From: Mobula hypostoma
Lineage: Eukaryota
Length of the DNA stretch: 64,000 nt
Reading direction: 5' to 3'
Assembly (NCBI RefSeq): GCF_963921235.1
Contig: NC_086108.1
Location: forward strand, 36,644,001-36,708,000
Shown here: positions 27,307-39,480 of the stretch, in pieces
Position numbering within the stretch: the stretch's first letter is position 1
Layout: each line of letters opens with the position of its first letter
Notes under the pieces: generated by a model
Seen by the model: only the letters and a program-made list of their open reading frames with translations
What the model was told of the DNA's origin: nothing
The model's database searches: none
Translations under genes and position numbers: made by a program

Positions 27307-27859
27307 TGTAACACACTGTAAGGTTTCATGCTAATGTAATGGTTTCTCTGTAGCAGCAGTGTTTGGATTAGGACTAGAGATAACGGGGACTTTGGAATGT
27401 GCTCTGGCCAATGAGGGAAGATGTTTTTCTTTCTTGTGTGCCCAAGTGAAGGTTTCACGGTCTTCTGTTGGACAAAAGGTGGAGAGAGAAGATACCAGAA
27501 CGGGGAAGTTGTAGTCTGCACGATGGAGTGGACTTGGAATGGGTCGGGAGTCGACGCCCAGGAGGGAATCGATGGAGAATGAACAGACAGGAAAACAGTG
27601 AGCTCCAGCATTGTGCATTAGACTGTTCCATGAGAATGGGCCCTTTTTCTTTTTTGTTTCTCTACTAACCTATAGTCAAATTAAGAATTATAAAGCTCAA
27701 TCTTTTAACTGCATATTGTGTGCTGTTTGTTATTTTGTGGTACTGATTTGTAATGGGGAACACATCACACAGCATCCACCCAAACAAGATTTCTCAAGTT
27801 TGGCCTGGTTGGAGGCTGTCTTCCCCTAGATTAAGCTGTTAACCGAATCTAGGATTACA
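27307..27859 (+). repeat. 3' LTR of Gypsy element
   Basis: TGTAACAC…GGATTACA; direct repeat of 21162-21719. Confidence 0.93.
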
Positions 27860-27877
27860 TAAGCAATAATGAATAAA

Positions 27878-28550
27878 CTCTTCTCAGTCTTCCAGCCAGG
27901 TACAGGTACCAATTTTAACCAACATTTCAATGACAAACTCTGCCATCTTCTTCAGGGATGATGCCTGGGCATGTCTAGACCAGTGGTATATAGGCCCCTG
28001 TCATCTGTCCCTCCTGATTGGTTAGTTCTCATCCAATCAGGTTTCTGTTGTGCCATTTTGTTTACAATCGATTCCAGTTCTTACATAGAGCGAGACCTTT
28101 GTCCTTGTTAAAATACGTTTCCTCTAGTTTTATTTCAATGGCTTCCTTCACCAGGCAGTCCCAAAAGCCATTGGGGTGGCACAATAGTTTTGTGCCATCT
28201 AAGTCAATCCTATGGCCGTTGCGAATGCAATGTTTTGGCACCACTGACTTCTCCGGGTATTGCAAATAGATGCACCTCCTGTGCTCCTTGTGATGGGTTT
28301 CCACCCTATGTCCCATCTGGCTGATACTCGCCACTCTGCATCCACAGGGAATCCTGTAAACACCGGCTGTCCTGAGTCCCAGGTCATCTTTGACCCATAT
28401 TAGCTGTGATTTGAGCTTCCGAATGGGGTTGTGGATGGTAGTAATCCAGTATTTCTTCAGGATCTTGGCAATCCTTCCAGAAACTGTGGAAAAATAGGGA
28501 ATACAGGCAGTAGCAATGGGTTCCTCCTCATTGTTAAGTTTCCTGGTTCG
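27878..28550 (-). mobile_element. Penelope-like element of a second (Poseidon-type) family, GIY-YIG 3' fragment
   Basis: Minus translation AGVYRIPCGC…KEHRRCI…SVVPKHCIRNGHRIDL…KEAIEIKL; hammerhead motif in the 3' tail. Confidence 0.8.
27919..27957 (-). ncRNA. Hammerhead ribozyme motif (decayed) with 8-bp stem II
   Basis: Minus strand CC-CUGAAGA-A-GAUGGCAG-AGU-UUGUCAUU-GAAA-UGUU-GG. Confidence 0.6.
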
Positions 28551-29872
28551 TTCCTTCGATATGGTTGACAGGGAGTACCTATGGCGAATGCTGTCAAAAC
28601 TTGGCTGTCAGCGCAGATTTGTCAACGTTGTCCATCTCTTCTACAATGACATCAGTGGCCTTGTTCTGTCAGATGGGGAGACAACGATTCCGTTCGGCAT
28701 TTCAAGTGGCGTGAAGCAAGGGTGCATACTGTTCATCTGTTCCTCACATGCATACTACACCATGCATTCAGCACCGTATTGTGTGGGATATACATAAGGT
28801 ACAGAATGGACAGATCACTTTTTGACTTGTGTCTCTTGAGGGTTCGTAGGTGAACAATCAGTAATCTCATCTGAGAAGCCCTATGCGCTGATGATTGTAC
28901 CCCAATGGCCCACACAGAAGCCGATCTTTAGCTGCTTGTCAATAGGGTTGCAGAGGCCACACGTCTGTTTGGCCTCACCATCAGCCTACAACAGTCAGAA
29001 GTCCTGTTCCAACCCGATCCAACGTCTATTGCCCCCGTCCCATCCATCTGTGTCGAAGGTACACAGCTTAGAACAGTGGAGGAATTCAAGTACCTTGGAA
29101 GTGTTATTTCCAGTGATGATTTCCTAGACAAAGAAATCAGTGCTGGGATTTGCAAGGCCAGTCAAGCCCTCAGGCACTTGCATTCACATGTACTGAACCA
29201 GCATAACATCTGAAAAGCCACGAAACTCACAGTGCACAAAGTGGTCATCCTTAGCAGTCTATTACTTGGCTGGGAAACCTGAACTGTGTACAGAAAACAC
29301 CTTAAAATGCTGGAACCCTTCCATACATGTAGCCTGAAATCAGTCCGGGGCATCCGTTGGTCGGACCGTGCCACCAACCTGGAAGTCCTCGAAGGAGCAG
29401 AGAGCACAGGCATAGAGGCAATGATCCTGCAGGTCCAGCTTCACTGGACAGGGCATGTTATGCTCATGGAGGATTCCAGAATACCCAAACAATTGCAATA
29501 CGGAGAACTGTCATAAGCAAGTAGAGACAGGGGTGACCTTGTAAGAGGTTTAAGGACTACATGAAAGCCAACCTGGTGCATGCTGACGTTACACCTAAGC
29601 AGCTTGAGTGAAGTGCTCAGGACCGGACTGGATGGGGTGCCCTGGTGAGAAGAGCCTCCAACGACTTTGAGAACAGTTGCCGTGCAGATCTGTCCGCTGC
29701 TCGAGAGAGGGGAAAAATTGTCATATCAGTTGCTCCAACAGCATCCGGAGGGTTCACCTGCCCTCACTGTCACTGCTCACGCCTTTCTAGAATCGAACTG
29801 CAGAGCCACCTCAGAGCACACAATTGATGAGCTGCACAGACGAATGTCGTCGTTGGATACAACGGACAACTA
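28551..29872 (+). mobile_element. RTE-clade LINE 3' fragment (RT and C-terminal C2H2-like finger)
   Basis: FDMVDREYLWRMLSKLGC…GVKQGCI, LHWTGHVMLMEDSRIPKQLQYGEL, FTCPHC…LQSHLRAH. Confidence 0.85.
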
Positions 29873-29899
29873 ACGCTGGGCCATAACCTCTAGCTTTTG

Positions 29900-31445
29900 T
29901 AGGATTTCCCATGCAAAAGCATTGGTATTACCAGGCTGTGAAGCAACCAGTCAATATACTCTCCAACACACATCTATAGAAGCTTGTCAAAGATTTAGAT
30001 GTCATGCTGAATCCTCGCAAACCCCTAAGGAAGTAGAGGCATTTGTGCACTTTCTTCCTAATGGTACTTATGTGCCGGGCCAAGGACATGTCCTCCAAAA
30101 TTATAACACCGAGGAATTTCAAGTTGATGACCTTATGCACCTTAGACCTTCCAGTGAGGACTGGCTCATGGACCTCTGGTTTCTTCCGCCTGAAGCTAAT
30201 AATCAGCTCCTTGGTCTTGCTGATATTCGGTGAGAGGCTGTTGTTGTGGCACCACTCAGCCAGATTTTCAGTTTCTCTTCTATATGCTGATTCATCACTA
30301 TCTCTGATTCAGCCTACGACAATGGGCTCATCAGCAAGTTTGAATATGGCAGTGGAGCTGTGCTTAGCCACATAGTCATAAGTGTAAAGCAAGTAGAGCA
30401 GGGGACCAAGCACACAGCCTTGTGGTGCACCTGTGCTGATGGAGATTCTGGAGGAGACGTAGACACCTATCCAAACTGACTGGGGCCTACAAGTGAGGAA
30501 ATCGAGGATCCAATTGCACAAGGATGTATTGAGGCCAAGGTCTTGAACTTTATTGATTAGTTTTGAGGGGATGATGGTGCTGAATGCCAAGCTGTAGTTG
30601 ATAAAATGCATTCTGATGTATGCATCTTTGCTGTCTAGATGTTGCAGGATTGAGCCAAGAGCCAACGGGATGGCATCTGCTGTGGGTCTGTTGTGCAAAC
30701 TGGAGCAGATCCGAGTCTCTTCTCAGGCAGGAGTTGATATATTTCGTTACCAACCTCTCAAAGCACTTCATCACAGTGGAAGTAAGTGCTACTAGATGAT
30801 AGTCATTGAGGCAGATTACCATGTTCTTCTTAGACACTGCTGTAAGTGAAGCCCACTTAAAGCAGGTGAGTACCTCAGATACTGAGGTGAGAGGCTAAAA
30901 ATCTCAGTCAGTTGATCACCACAAGTCTTTAGTATTTGGCCAGGTACCCCATCTAGATTGGATGCTATTTGTGGGTTCATCCTCCTGAAGGATACTTGCA
31001 TGTTGGCCTCAGAGACGGAAATCACAGGACCATTGGGGGCTGTGGGAGTTCGTGACTGTTTCTCCATGTTTTGATAGTGAAAGTGAGCTTACAAGGCTTT
31101 GAGTTCTGGAAGTCTGGAAGTAAAGAACTGTTATTGCCTATGTCACTTGATTTTTTTAATGAGAGGTGACAGCATTTAAGCACTGCCACAACTGTCACGC
31201 ATCCTTCATTGAGTCATGTTTAGTCCGGATTTGGCACTTCACCTATGAGAGTGCTTTCTGGAGATCATACCTGGACCTCTTGTAACTTTCTTGGTTGCCA
31301 GACTTGAATGCCTCTGACCCAGCCCTCAGTGGCTTCTGATTTGAGAAGACTCTGAATGATCTCATGGGGACACACTCATTTTCATAAAGCTTGTGACAAC
31401 AAAGGTGTATTCATACAGATCCACAGATGAATCCCTGTCCACCAA
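29900..31445 (-). mobile_element. Rex1/Babar LINE fragment
   Basis: Minus ORFs read LNDYHLVALTSTVMKCFERLV, TGAPQGCVLGPLLY and SFYRCVLESILTGC. Confidence 0.9.
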
Positions 31446-31879
31446 CTCGAAGGTACTGTTAAAATTAGAAAGAAATATACCAATAACCTGGTGAATGCAT
31501 TAGCAGATGTGAATACTGAAGACATAAAAAAAAGCTTCTGTTACGAGTTCTTAAGAGGGATTTGAGTGGTAAGCTTAAAATCTGGATCTTGCCAGCACCC
31601 AGCTGAGCTGGATATAGATGCAAAAGCTGAGATTATTAAAAAGGCAAGCCTTATGATTAATGAGTTTGAGATAAGAATATAAACATGGGTAGTTCTGATT
31701 TTCAGATACATGAAAGTTAAGTCTTGAAGGAAGATTTCATCAGCAGCACATAATGCAAGGTTCTATCAGTAAAGAAAATCCCATTTTATTACAAAGATAA
31801 GGATGCAGTAAAAGCTCTAATTATTTTGAAGACCTGGAGGCTTTAGCAATGCAGACATTTCCTGCTAAGAATACATTAC

Positions 31880-34788
31880 TGGAGAGTTTTGTATGTTTGA
31901 CAAAGCCCCTCATGGGAGGCTAATCCAGAAGACTAAGATGCATGGGATCTGTGGTGAATTGGCTGTTTGGATGCAGAACTGGATTGCATGTAGAATACAG
32001 AGGGTAGTGGTTGAAGGGACTTAATCTCAAACTGGAGGTCTGCTATCAGTGGAGTTCTGCAGGGATCTATGCTGCGACCTCTGCCGTTTGTAATGTATAT
32101 AACTGACTTGGATGAAAATGCAAATGGGTGGATTAGTAAATTTGTGGATGATATCAAGTTTGGCAGAGTTGTGGATCATGCAGAAGACTGGAAAAGAATA
32201 CAGCATGATGTAGACCAGTTACAGATATGGGCTGAGAAATGGCAGATGGAGTTTAACTCAGATAAATGTGGAGTGTTGCACCTCAGTAGGGCAAATGCAA
32301 GGAAACAGTAAACTATTAAGGACAAGATCCTTAACAGTGTTGCTGAGCAGGGGGATCTTGGGATTTAAGTTTATAGCTCCTTGACAATGGCTACTCAGGT
32401 CAATGAGATGGTTAAGAAAGCTTATGGAATGCTTGCTTTTCTTAGTCAAGAGGTTACGTTGCAACTCTATAAAACTCTGGTTAGGCCACACCTGGAGTAT
32501 TGCGTACAGTTCTGCCCACCTCAATATAGGAAGGATGTTGAGTCTTTGGAGAGGATGCAAAAGGGATTCACCAGGATGCTGCCTGGTTCAGAGGTCATAT
32601 GCTATCACGAGAGGCAGGATAAACTTGGGCTGTCTTTTCTGGAGTGTCTGTTTTCCAGAGTGTATCTGTTTCCCAGGGTTGAAATACCTAATACCAGAGG
32701 ACATAGAAACATAGAAACATAGAAAATAGGTGCAGGAGTAGGCCATTCGGCCCTTCGAGCCTGCACCGCCATTTATTATGATCATGGCTGATCATCCAAC
32801 TCAGAACCCAGCCTTCCCTCCATACCCCCTGACCCCTGTAGCCACAAGGGCCATATCTAACTTCCTTTTAAACATAGCTAATGAACTGGCCTCAACAGTT
32901 TGCTGTGGCAGAGAATTCCACAGATTCACCACTCTCTGTGTGAAGAAGTTTTTCCTAACCTCGGTCCTAAAAGGCTTCCCCTCTATCCTCAAACTGTGAC
33001 CCCTCGTTCTAGACCTCCCCAACATCGGGAACAATCTTCCTGCATCTAGCCTGTCCAATCCCTTTAGGATCTTATACGTTTCAATCAGATCCCCCCTCAA
33101 TCTTCTAAATTCCAACGAGTACAAGCCCAGTTCATCCAGTCTTTCTTCATATGAAAGACCTGCCATCCCAGGAATCAATCTGGTGAACCTTCTTTGTACT
33201 CCCTCTATGGCAAAGATGTCTTTCCTCAGATTAGGGGACCAAAACTGCACACAATACTCCAGGTGTGGTCTCACCAAGGCCTTGTACAACTGCAGTAGTA
33301 CCTCCCTGCTCCTGTACTCGAATCCTCTCGCTATAAATGCCAGCATACCGTTCGCCTTTTTCACCGCCTGCTGTACCTGCATGCCCACTTTCAATGACTG
33401 GTGTATAATGACACCCAGGTCTCGTTGCACCTCCCCTTTTCCTAATCGGCCACCATTCAGATAATAATCTGTTTTCCTATTTTTGCCACCAAAGTGGATA
33501 ACTTCACATTTATCCACATTAAATTGCATCTACTCACCCAACCTATCCAAGTCACCCTGCATCCTCTTAGCATCCTCCTCACTGCTAACACTGCCACCCA
33601 GCTTCGTGTCATCCGCAAACTTGGAGATGCTGCATTTAATTCCCTCATCCAAGTCATTAATATATATTGTAAACAACTGGGGTCCCAGCACTGAGCCTTG
33701 CGGTACCCCACTAGTCACCGCCTGCCATTCTGAAAAGGTCCCGTTTATTCCCACTCTTTGCTTCCTGTCTGCTAACCAATTCTCCACCCACACCAATACC
33801 TTACCCCCAATACCGTGTGCTTTAAGTTTGCACACTAATCTCCTATGTGGGACCTTGTCAAAAGCCTTTTGAAAATCCAAATATACCACATCCACTGGTT
33901 CTCCCCTATCCACTCTACTAGTTACATCCTCAAAAAATTCTATGAGATTCGTCAGACATGATTTTCCTTTCACAAATCCATGCTGACTTTGTCCGATCAT
34001 TTCACCGCTTTCCAAATGTGCTGTTATCACATCCTTGATAACTGACTCCAGCAGTTTCCCCACCACCGACGTTAGGCTAACCGGCCTATAATTCCCCGGT
34101 TTCTCTCTCCCTCCTTTTTTAAAAAGTGGGGTTACATTAGCCACCCTCCAATCCTCAGGAACTAGTCCAGAATCTAACGAGTTTTGAAAAATTATCACTA
34201 ATGCATCCACTATTTCTTGGGCCACTTCCTTAAGCACTCTGGGATGCAGACCATCTGGCCCTGGGGATTTATCTGCCTTCAATCCCTTCAATTTACCTAA
34301 CACCACTTCCCTACTAACATGTATTTCGCTCAGTTCCTCCATCTCACTGGACCCTCTGTCCCTTACTATTTCTGGAAGATTATTTATGTCCTCCTTAGTG
34401 AAGACAGAACCAAAGTAATTATTCAATTGGTCTGCCATGTCCTTGCTCCCCATAATCAATTCACCTGTTTCTGTTTGCAGGGGACCTACATTTGTCTTTA
34501 TCAGTCTTTTCCTTTTTACATATCTATAAAAGCTTTTACAGTCCGTTTTTATGTTCTCTGCCAGTTTTCTCTCATAATCTTTTTTCCCCTTCCTAATTAA
34601 GCCCTTTGTCCTCCTCTGCTGAACTCTGAATTTCTCCCAGTCCTCAGGTGAGCCACTTTCTCTGGCATGCATCAAAGGTGGGAGGGGATGGGTTCAAGGA
34701 CGATGTGAGGGGTAAGTTTTTTACTCAGAGAGTCGTGGATGCCTGTAATACACTGCCTGGTATGGTGGTAGAGGCAAATACATTAGAA
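31880..34788 (+). mobile_element. Old CR1 fragment (31880-32701 and 34666-34788) split by a young antisense CR1 and cut by a hAT insertion
   Basis: ORFs 32069-32311 (KFVDDIK) and 32381-32722 (LVRPHLEYCVQF); resumes after 34665 with CATGCATCAAAGGTG…TTTTACTCAGAGAGT. Confidence 0.8.
32702..34665 (-). mobile_element. Young 5'-truncated CR1 LINE; ORF2 broken only by a small deletion near 33530
   Basis: ORFs 33530-34675 (381 aa, RT motifs [32 protein letters not shown]) and 32801-33529; (TTCTATGT)n tail at 32702-32725. Confidence 0.96.
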
Positions 34789-37055
34789 CAGTGTTTCCCA
34801 ACCATTTTTAGCACAAAACCCCCCTAAATCACCTTCATTCTTGCCATTGCCTCTCTTAAGCATAATATACTTTCTGGCACCCCCATAGTGTAAAAACATG
34901 TTTACCATATGCTCACATGAGAAAAATAATTCTACTTTAAATTTTTATTTGTCTTTAAACCTAGCTTACGCAGTACCTGTGTGCTGTACAGCAGCTTCGA
35001 TATCAATGTGATCTTTAAGCTTGATGGTTTTTAGCAAGAGTTGAAATATCTGGTTCAAGTTAAATCCCCATGCCTAACAATGTCCTCGTGGTTTCTGTTT
35101 TTTTGTGAGTATGTGGTTCACTGCACTGAAGCCTCTTTCAACAAGGTAGTAGGATGGAAATGCAATGAAGAGCAGTTTGGCTCTTCTCCAAGGACCAGGA
35201 AACTTCGTATGACAGTGCACCCACCTACCGCAAAAGCCCAAAAATTTTTACAAAACATTTTTGCTTCTTCATCATATGGAATTTCAATAATTTCTTCTTG
35301 CAAATTCTCTTCATGTTCTCCTCATGTTCTTGCAGAGAAATGAGTTAGTACCGAGTCTGGAATTTCCAGATCATTCAAATCCTTGAATCGATTCTGAAAA
35401 TTCTTCTTCAGTGACTGCAGGTGTAAGTAGTACGCTTGCAAATCACTGTCTGTGAAAGAGAGTGACATACTTTCCATGCAGGGAGACTGAGAACATTCTT
35501 CTTCCTATGTTTTACTTATATATTTCCAATTTTCTGAAAAAAGTGAACACTGCAGTTTTTGCCTGGGCTAAATTGAAATTTTCACCCTACAGTTTAATAT
35601 TTAGAATGTTCATTTTGGCATACAGATTGGCTAGGTATGCCACATATCCATGTAGAGGTTGAATCTTGTTTCCGAAGCTCTTGTAAACTTTGAGTAAAAA
35701 TGCTACCACAGTGTCAAAAAGATTGAAGAAATATTTTAAGCAGCGTCCTTTTGATAACCAACACACTTCAATGTGAAGAAGCAAGCGTTCAAACTCTTCA
35801 TCTTTATCTTGGTATAACTGGCAAAATATTCTGCTATTTAATGGATGAGCTTTAATTTTGTAGTGAGCAGATATTACAAGAATCATGCTTGAAAAAAGTC
35901 GCTGGCTGAGGTTTTTGGCTATGAGGTGTCGACGATGAATACACAATGGATTGGAAACAGACTTGGAATTTCTTTTCTCATAAATGCCACTAATCCAGCA
36001 TGGCAACCTGTCATATACGGTGCTCCACCTGTTGCGCAGAAAATCATGTTCCTAATTGGAATACTTTTATGCTCAATATATATTTTGAGCTTGTCATAAA
36101 TTGATTCTCCGTTGATATTTGTTTTTAAATTTTTATGAGAGAGTATGTGTAAAATTTTCCATTTTTGATAAACTGTTCATGTGCCATTAGCAATGCCTCA
36201 TTGTCTCACACAGTTGTATCCCAAATTCTGTTTGTTGTAGCTCTGTGCGTGGTTGATACTCAATGTCTTCAATCATTTCATCAATACGATGAGCTACAAA
36301 GTTATTACTTGGAGGAATTGATTTTAAGATACTGGTATCCATTTTGAGAACAGTGGTGAGCACTTCTGATACAGCAGGCATTATTAATCTTTCATCAATT
36401 GTATGAGATTTTCCACACTCTGCTATCATTTTGGAAATGTGATATGAAGCAATGAGACTACTATCAAGATCATTTTTAGCTTTCTTGGCAAATGACTCGA
36501 GTGTGCAATGCTTTTCAAATGTTTCTTTCATCTTCTGGAACTGAATAATACCATAAGTAGCCTTTTCAGTGTGCCTTTTACAGAAGTGTTCCTGCAGTCT
36601 TGATGGTTTCATGACTTCATTAGGCAGTACAGTATACAAATAAAATACATGGGGTCTCACTGATCTGATGAAATTGGAATAAAACCCACACCCCAGGTAT
36701 GTAACATTGTATTGACGCACTTCCTGTTGTTTCTGTTTCTTAGCAGGATTAGAATTCAAGGCTTCACTGCCTTCAGGCACATAGAGATCATGCCATACAT
36801 ATTTATCCATCATTAACAGGGCTAAATTAAATTAAAAAAAGAACACAAACTAGGAATTCCTGTTGGATGTTGATGATGACAGTGAGTTGACACCGATAGA
36901 ACGATGGCAGCGGCACGCAAAGGAACGGCGAGACGAAGATGAAGATGATCACAACAGAGAAAATTACGTTGACAAGGAATCAGATTGGAATCTGAATGTT
37001 GGTCGGGATAGATCTGATGTTCAGGAAGCTACCTTTATTCTATTCCAGCCAGCGT
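34789..37055 (-). mobile_element. hAT (Buster/Charlie-like) DNA transposon relic with one TIR
   Basis: TIR CAGTGTTTCCCAACC at 34789 preceded by CATTAGAA; minus ORFs 36187-36813 (BED-like MKPSRLQEHF…H) and 35587-36006 (CIHRRHL, LLLHIEVCWLSKGRCL); second TIR not found. Confidence 0.88.
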
Positions 37056-37269
37056 GATTGACCAATCATAAAAGGTCTCATAATCCCCAAAGGTGGTTCT
37101 TGACTGCACATTTGAAGCTGATGTTGCTTTGAACACCTCAAGAGGAATCCTCGGGGTTGGCAGATTCACTGATTGGCTCTATTTCACCGTTTGGTTCCAG
37201 CCAGCGCTGTATCATTGTGCGACCTGTTTTCTGTAGACTCTCCAACCTAATGGGACAAACACTGATTTC

Positions 37270-37880
37270 TCTGGAACTTGCGATAATTTTCCCCCTCGCC
37301 TTTCCTCTTCTTCATTTCCCCTCTCTGGCCTCTTATCTCTTCTGCCTATCTCCTCCCCCTGGTGCCCTTCCTTCCCTTTCTCTCATGATCCACTCTCCTA
37401 TCCTGTCAGATTTCTTCTTCTCCAGTTCTTTGCCTTTTCACCTCCTGGCTTCTTTGCTTCTTGGGGAGGAACGAATGGTCAAGGAAATCATGAGGGAAAG
37501 AGGAGTGAGTCCCTGTGGAAAGTGTAGAGTTGGGCGGGGGGGAATGTAAAGATATGTTTGTGGTAGGGTCATGTTGAAGATGGCCTCATCTGCATATCAA
37601 CTTCTACTGGTGCCCCTCCTTCTTCCCTTCCTTCTATGGTCCACTCTTCTCTTATCAGATACTTCTGCTCCATTCCCTTTCCTATCCACCTGGCTTCACC
37701 TCTCACCTTCTAGCTTGGTCTCCTTCCCCTCCCCTCACCTTCTTACTCTGGCATCTTCTCCCTTCCTTTCCAGTCCTGAAGAAGAGTCTCAGCCCAGAGC
37801 GTTGACTGTTTACTTTCCTCCTACCCCCATAGATGCAGCCTGACATTCTGAGCTCCTCCAGCAGTTTGAGTGTGTTGCTA
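37270..37880. mobile_element. Rearranged Penelope-like fragments ending in a decayed hammerhead tail
   Basis: Pyrimidine-rich 3' region (+), short minus piece at about 37460-37580, and CAGTCCTGAAGAAGAGTCTCAGCCCAGAGCGTTGACT at 37771-37807. Confidence 0.7.
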
Positions 37881-38097
37881 AAGTAAAATATACCCAACTT
37901 GAGTACAATTTTCTTTTAAGCAAGTATATTTACAAAAATCAACAACAATATTAAGGGAGGCCATTTAGACTTTTGCATCCATGCCTAATCCCAAGAGAAG
38001 AACCCCCATTAGGCTCATTCTTCTCTTTTCCTGGTTCTCCATACGATTTAATCTCACAAATGACTATTAATTCTTTATGCCATTAATTGAACTAGAA

Positions 38098-38163
38098 CAG
38101 GTGTTTCCAATGTGAGGCCCCTCGGTTAATGGTCCATGGCATAATAATGGTTGGGAACCCCTG
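38098..38163. mobile_element. 66-bp hAT MITE
   Basis: TIRs CAGGTGTTTCCAA / TTGGGAACCCCTG; 8-bp TSD AACTAGAA / CACTAGAA (7/8). Confidence 0.8.
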
Positions 38164-38279
38164 CACTAGAAGGTAACCTACAGTGGGCAATTAATCTGCA
38201 AGCACACCTTTGGGATATGGGACCCAGAGGAAACTGACCCAGTTACCCGGAGAATGTGCAAACTCTGAACAGATAGCTA

Positions 38280-38766
38280 GATGTGGCCCAGTACAACACG
38301 GATAGAGCTCTCCCAACCATTGAGCACATCTGCATGAAATGCTATCGTAGGAAAGCAGCATCCATCATCAGAGATCCCCACCACTCAGTTCATGCTCTCT
38401 TCTTATTGCTGCCATCAGGTAGAAGGTACAAGAGCCTCAGGACTTGCACCCCCAGGTTCAGGAACAGCTACTACCCTCAACCATCAGGCTCTTCAATAAC
38501 AAGGGATAACTACCCTCACTTTCCCCATCATTGAAATGTTTCTACAACCAATGGTCCCACTTTAAGGACTCCTTATCTCACTATCTCGTGTTCCCATTAT
38601 TTATTGCTATTCATTTGTATTTGCATTTGTGCAGTTTGTTGACTTCTGCACTCTGGTTGATCTTTCATTGATCCTGTTATAGTTGCTGAGTATGCCCACA
38701 AGAAAATGAATCTCATACGGTGACGTATAAGTACTTTGATAACAACATTTACTTTGAACTTTGAAT
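38280..38766 (+). mobile_element. Rex1/Babar 3' end
   Basis: ORF 38283-38534 reads KAASIIRDPHHSVHALFLLLPSGRRYKSL; (TTTGAAC)n tail. Confidence 0.85.
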
Positions 38767-39284
38767 CCAAGGTCAGGGTCAAACGTGTACCATTGGAGCA
38801 GTGAGGTAGCAGTAACAGTTTTGTCATCGTGTTGCCGTTAGATGTAGATCAACAAGTGTTTACCACCAATTGTCTGCAGTAATTGTACAGTTCTTGTGTT
38901 GATAAACTGTTTATCTATTTTAAAGTACTCAAGGTCTGTCAAAGCCCACAGAGTGGTATTAAAGTCTGTGTGGACTTACTTCATTGATCATTGTGAAGCT
39001 GTCAATTGATTTCTCAACTCTGAAATATGAGGCTGAGTTGAATTAAATGAATGTAAGGAGGTGTCCTCTCTCACAGAACTTGTAAATGGCTGTCAGGTAT
39101 CCCTGATTTCATGCTTCATTTAGTTAGTCGGTGGTTCCCACACAGTTTTCAAATGCTTGCGATTTGCCTTATTATGAAGGAGCTAATCAGCAATGGTGCT
39201 GGAACATTGGGCTTTAGATCAGAGAGAAAAAAAACCTGTTATGCTCTGCCAAAGGCGGATGAAAATTTAAAAAAAAAACAAATT

Positions 39285-39480
39285 CTGATGCTGGAAATCT
39301 GCAATAAAAGCAGAAAATGCTGGAAAACTCAGCAGGTCAGGTAACAGTGAGAAACAGTTGATATTTTAGCTCAGAGACCATTCATCAGAGATATGTTTAA
39401 TATGAAATGTTAACTATTTGTCTTAATTGATTCTGCCTGACCTGCTGTTTTTTTTTCCCCCGCAGGATTTTCTGTCATTA
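39285..39480. mobile_element. Short inverted pair of Penelope pLTR tails
   Basis: Minus arm CTGATGAATGGTCTCTGAGCTAAAATATCAACT plus tail; plus arm GAAATGTTAACT…CTGCCTGACCTGCTG. Confidence 0.6.

Larger units (their letters stand above)
21162..27859 (+). mobile_element. Degenerate two-LTR Ty3/Gypsy retrotransposon inserted in a Rex1-like 3'UTR
   Basis: Two TG…CA LTRs, PBS, PPT, gag-PR-RT-RH-IN order; 4-bp TSD TAGG (21158-21161) / TAAG (27860-27863), one mismatch. Confidence 0.95.

Noticed and set aside
34789..38163. One 3.4-kb hAT ending at the TIR at 38149-38163
   Set aside because: That TIR pairs with its own left TIR at 38098, and the flank after 38171 is SINE-like rather than the CR1 interrupted at 34788.
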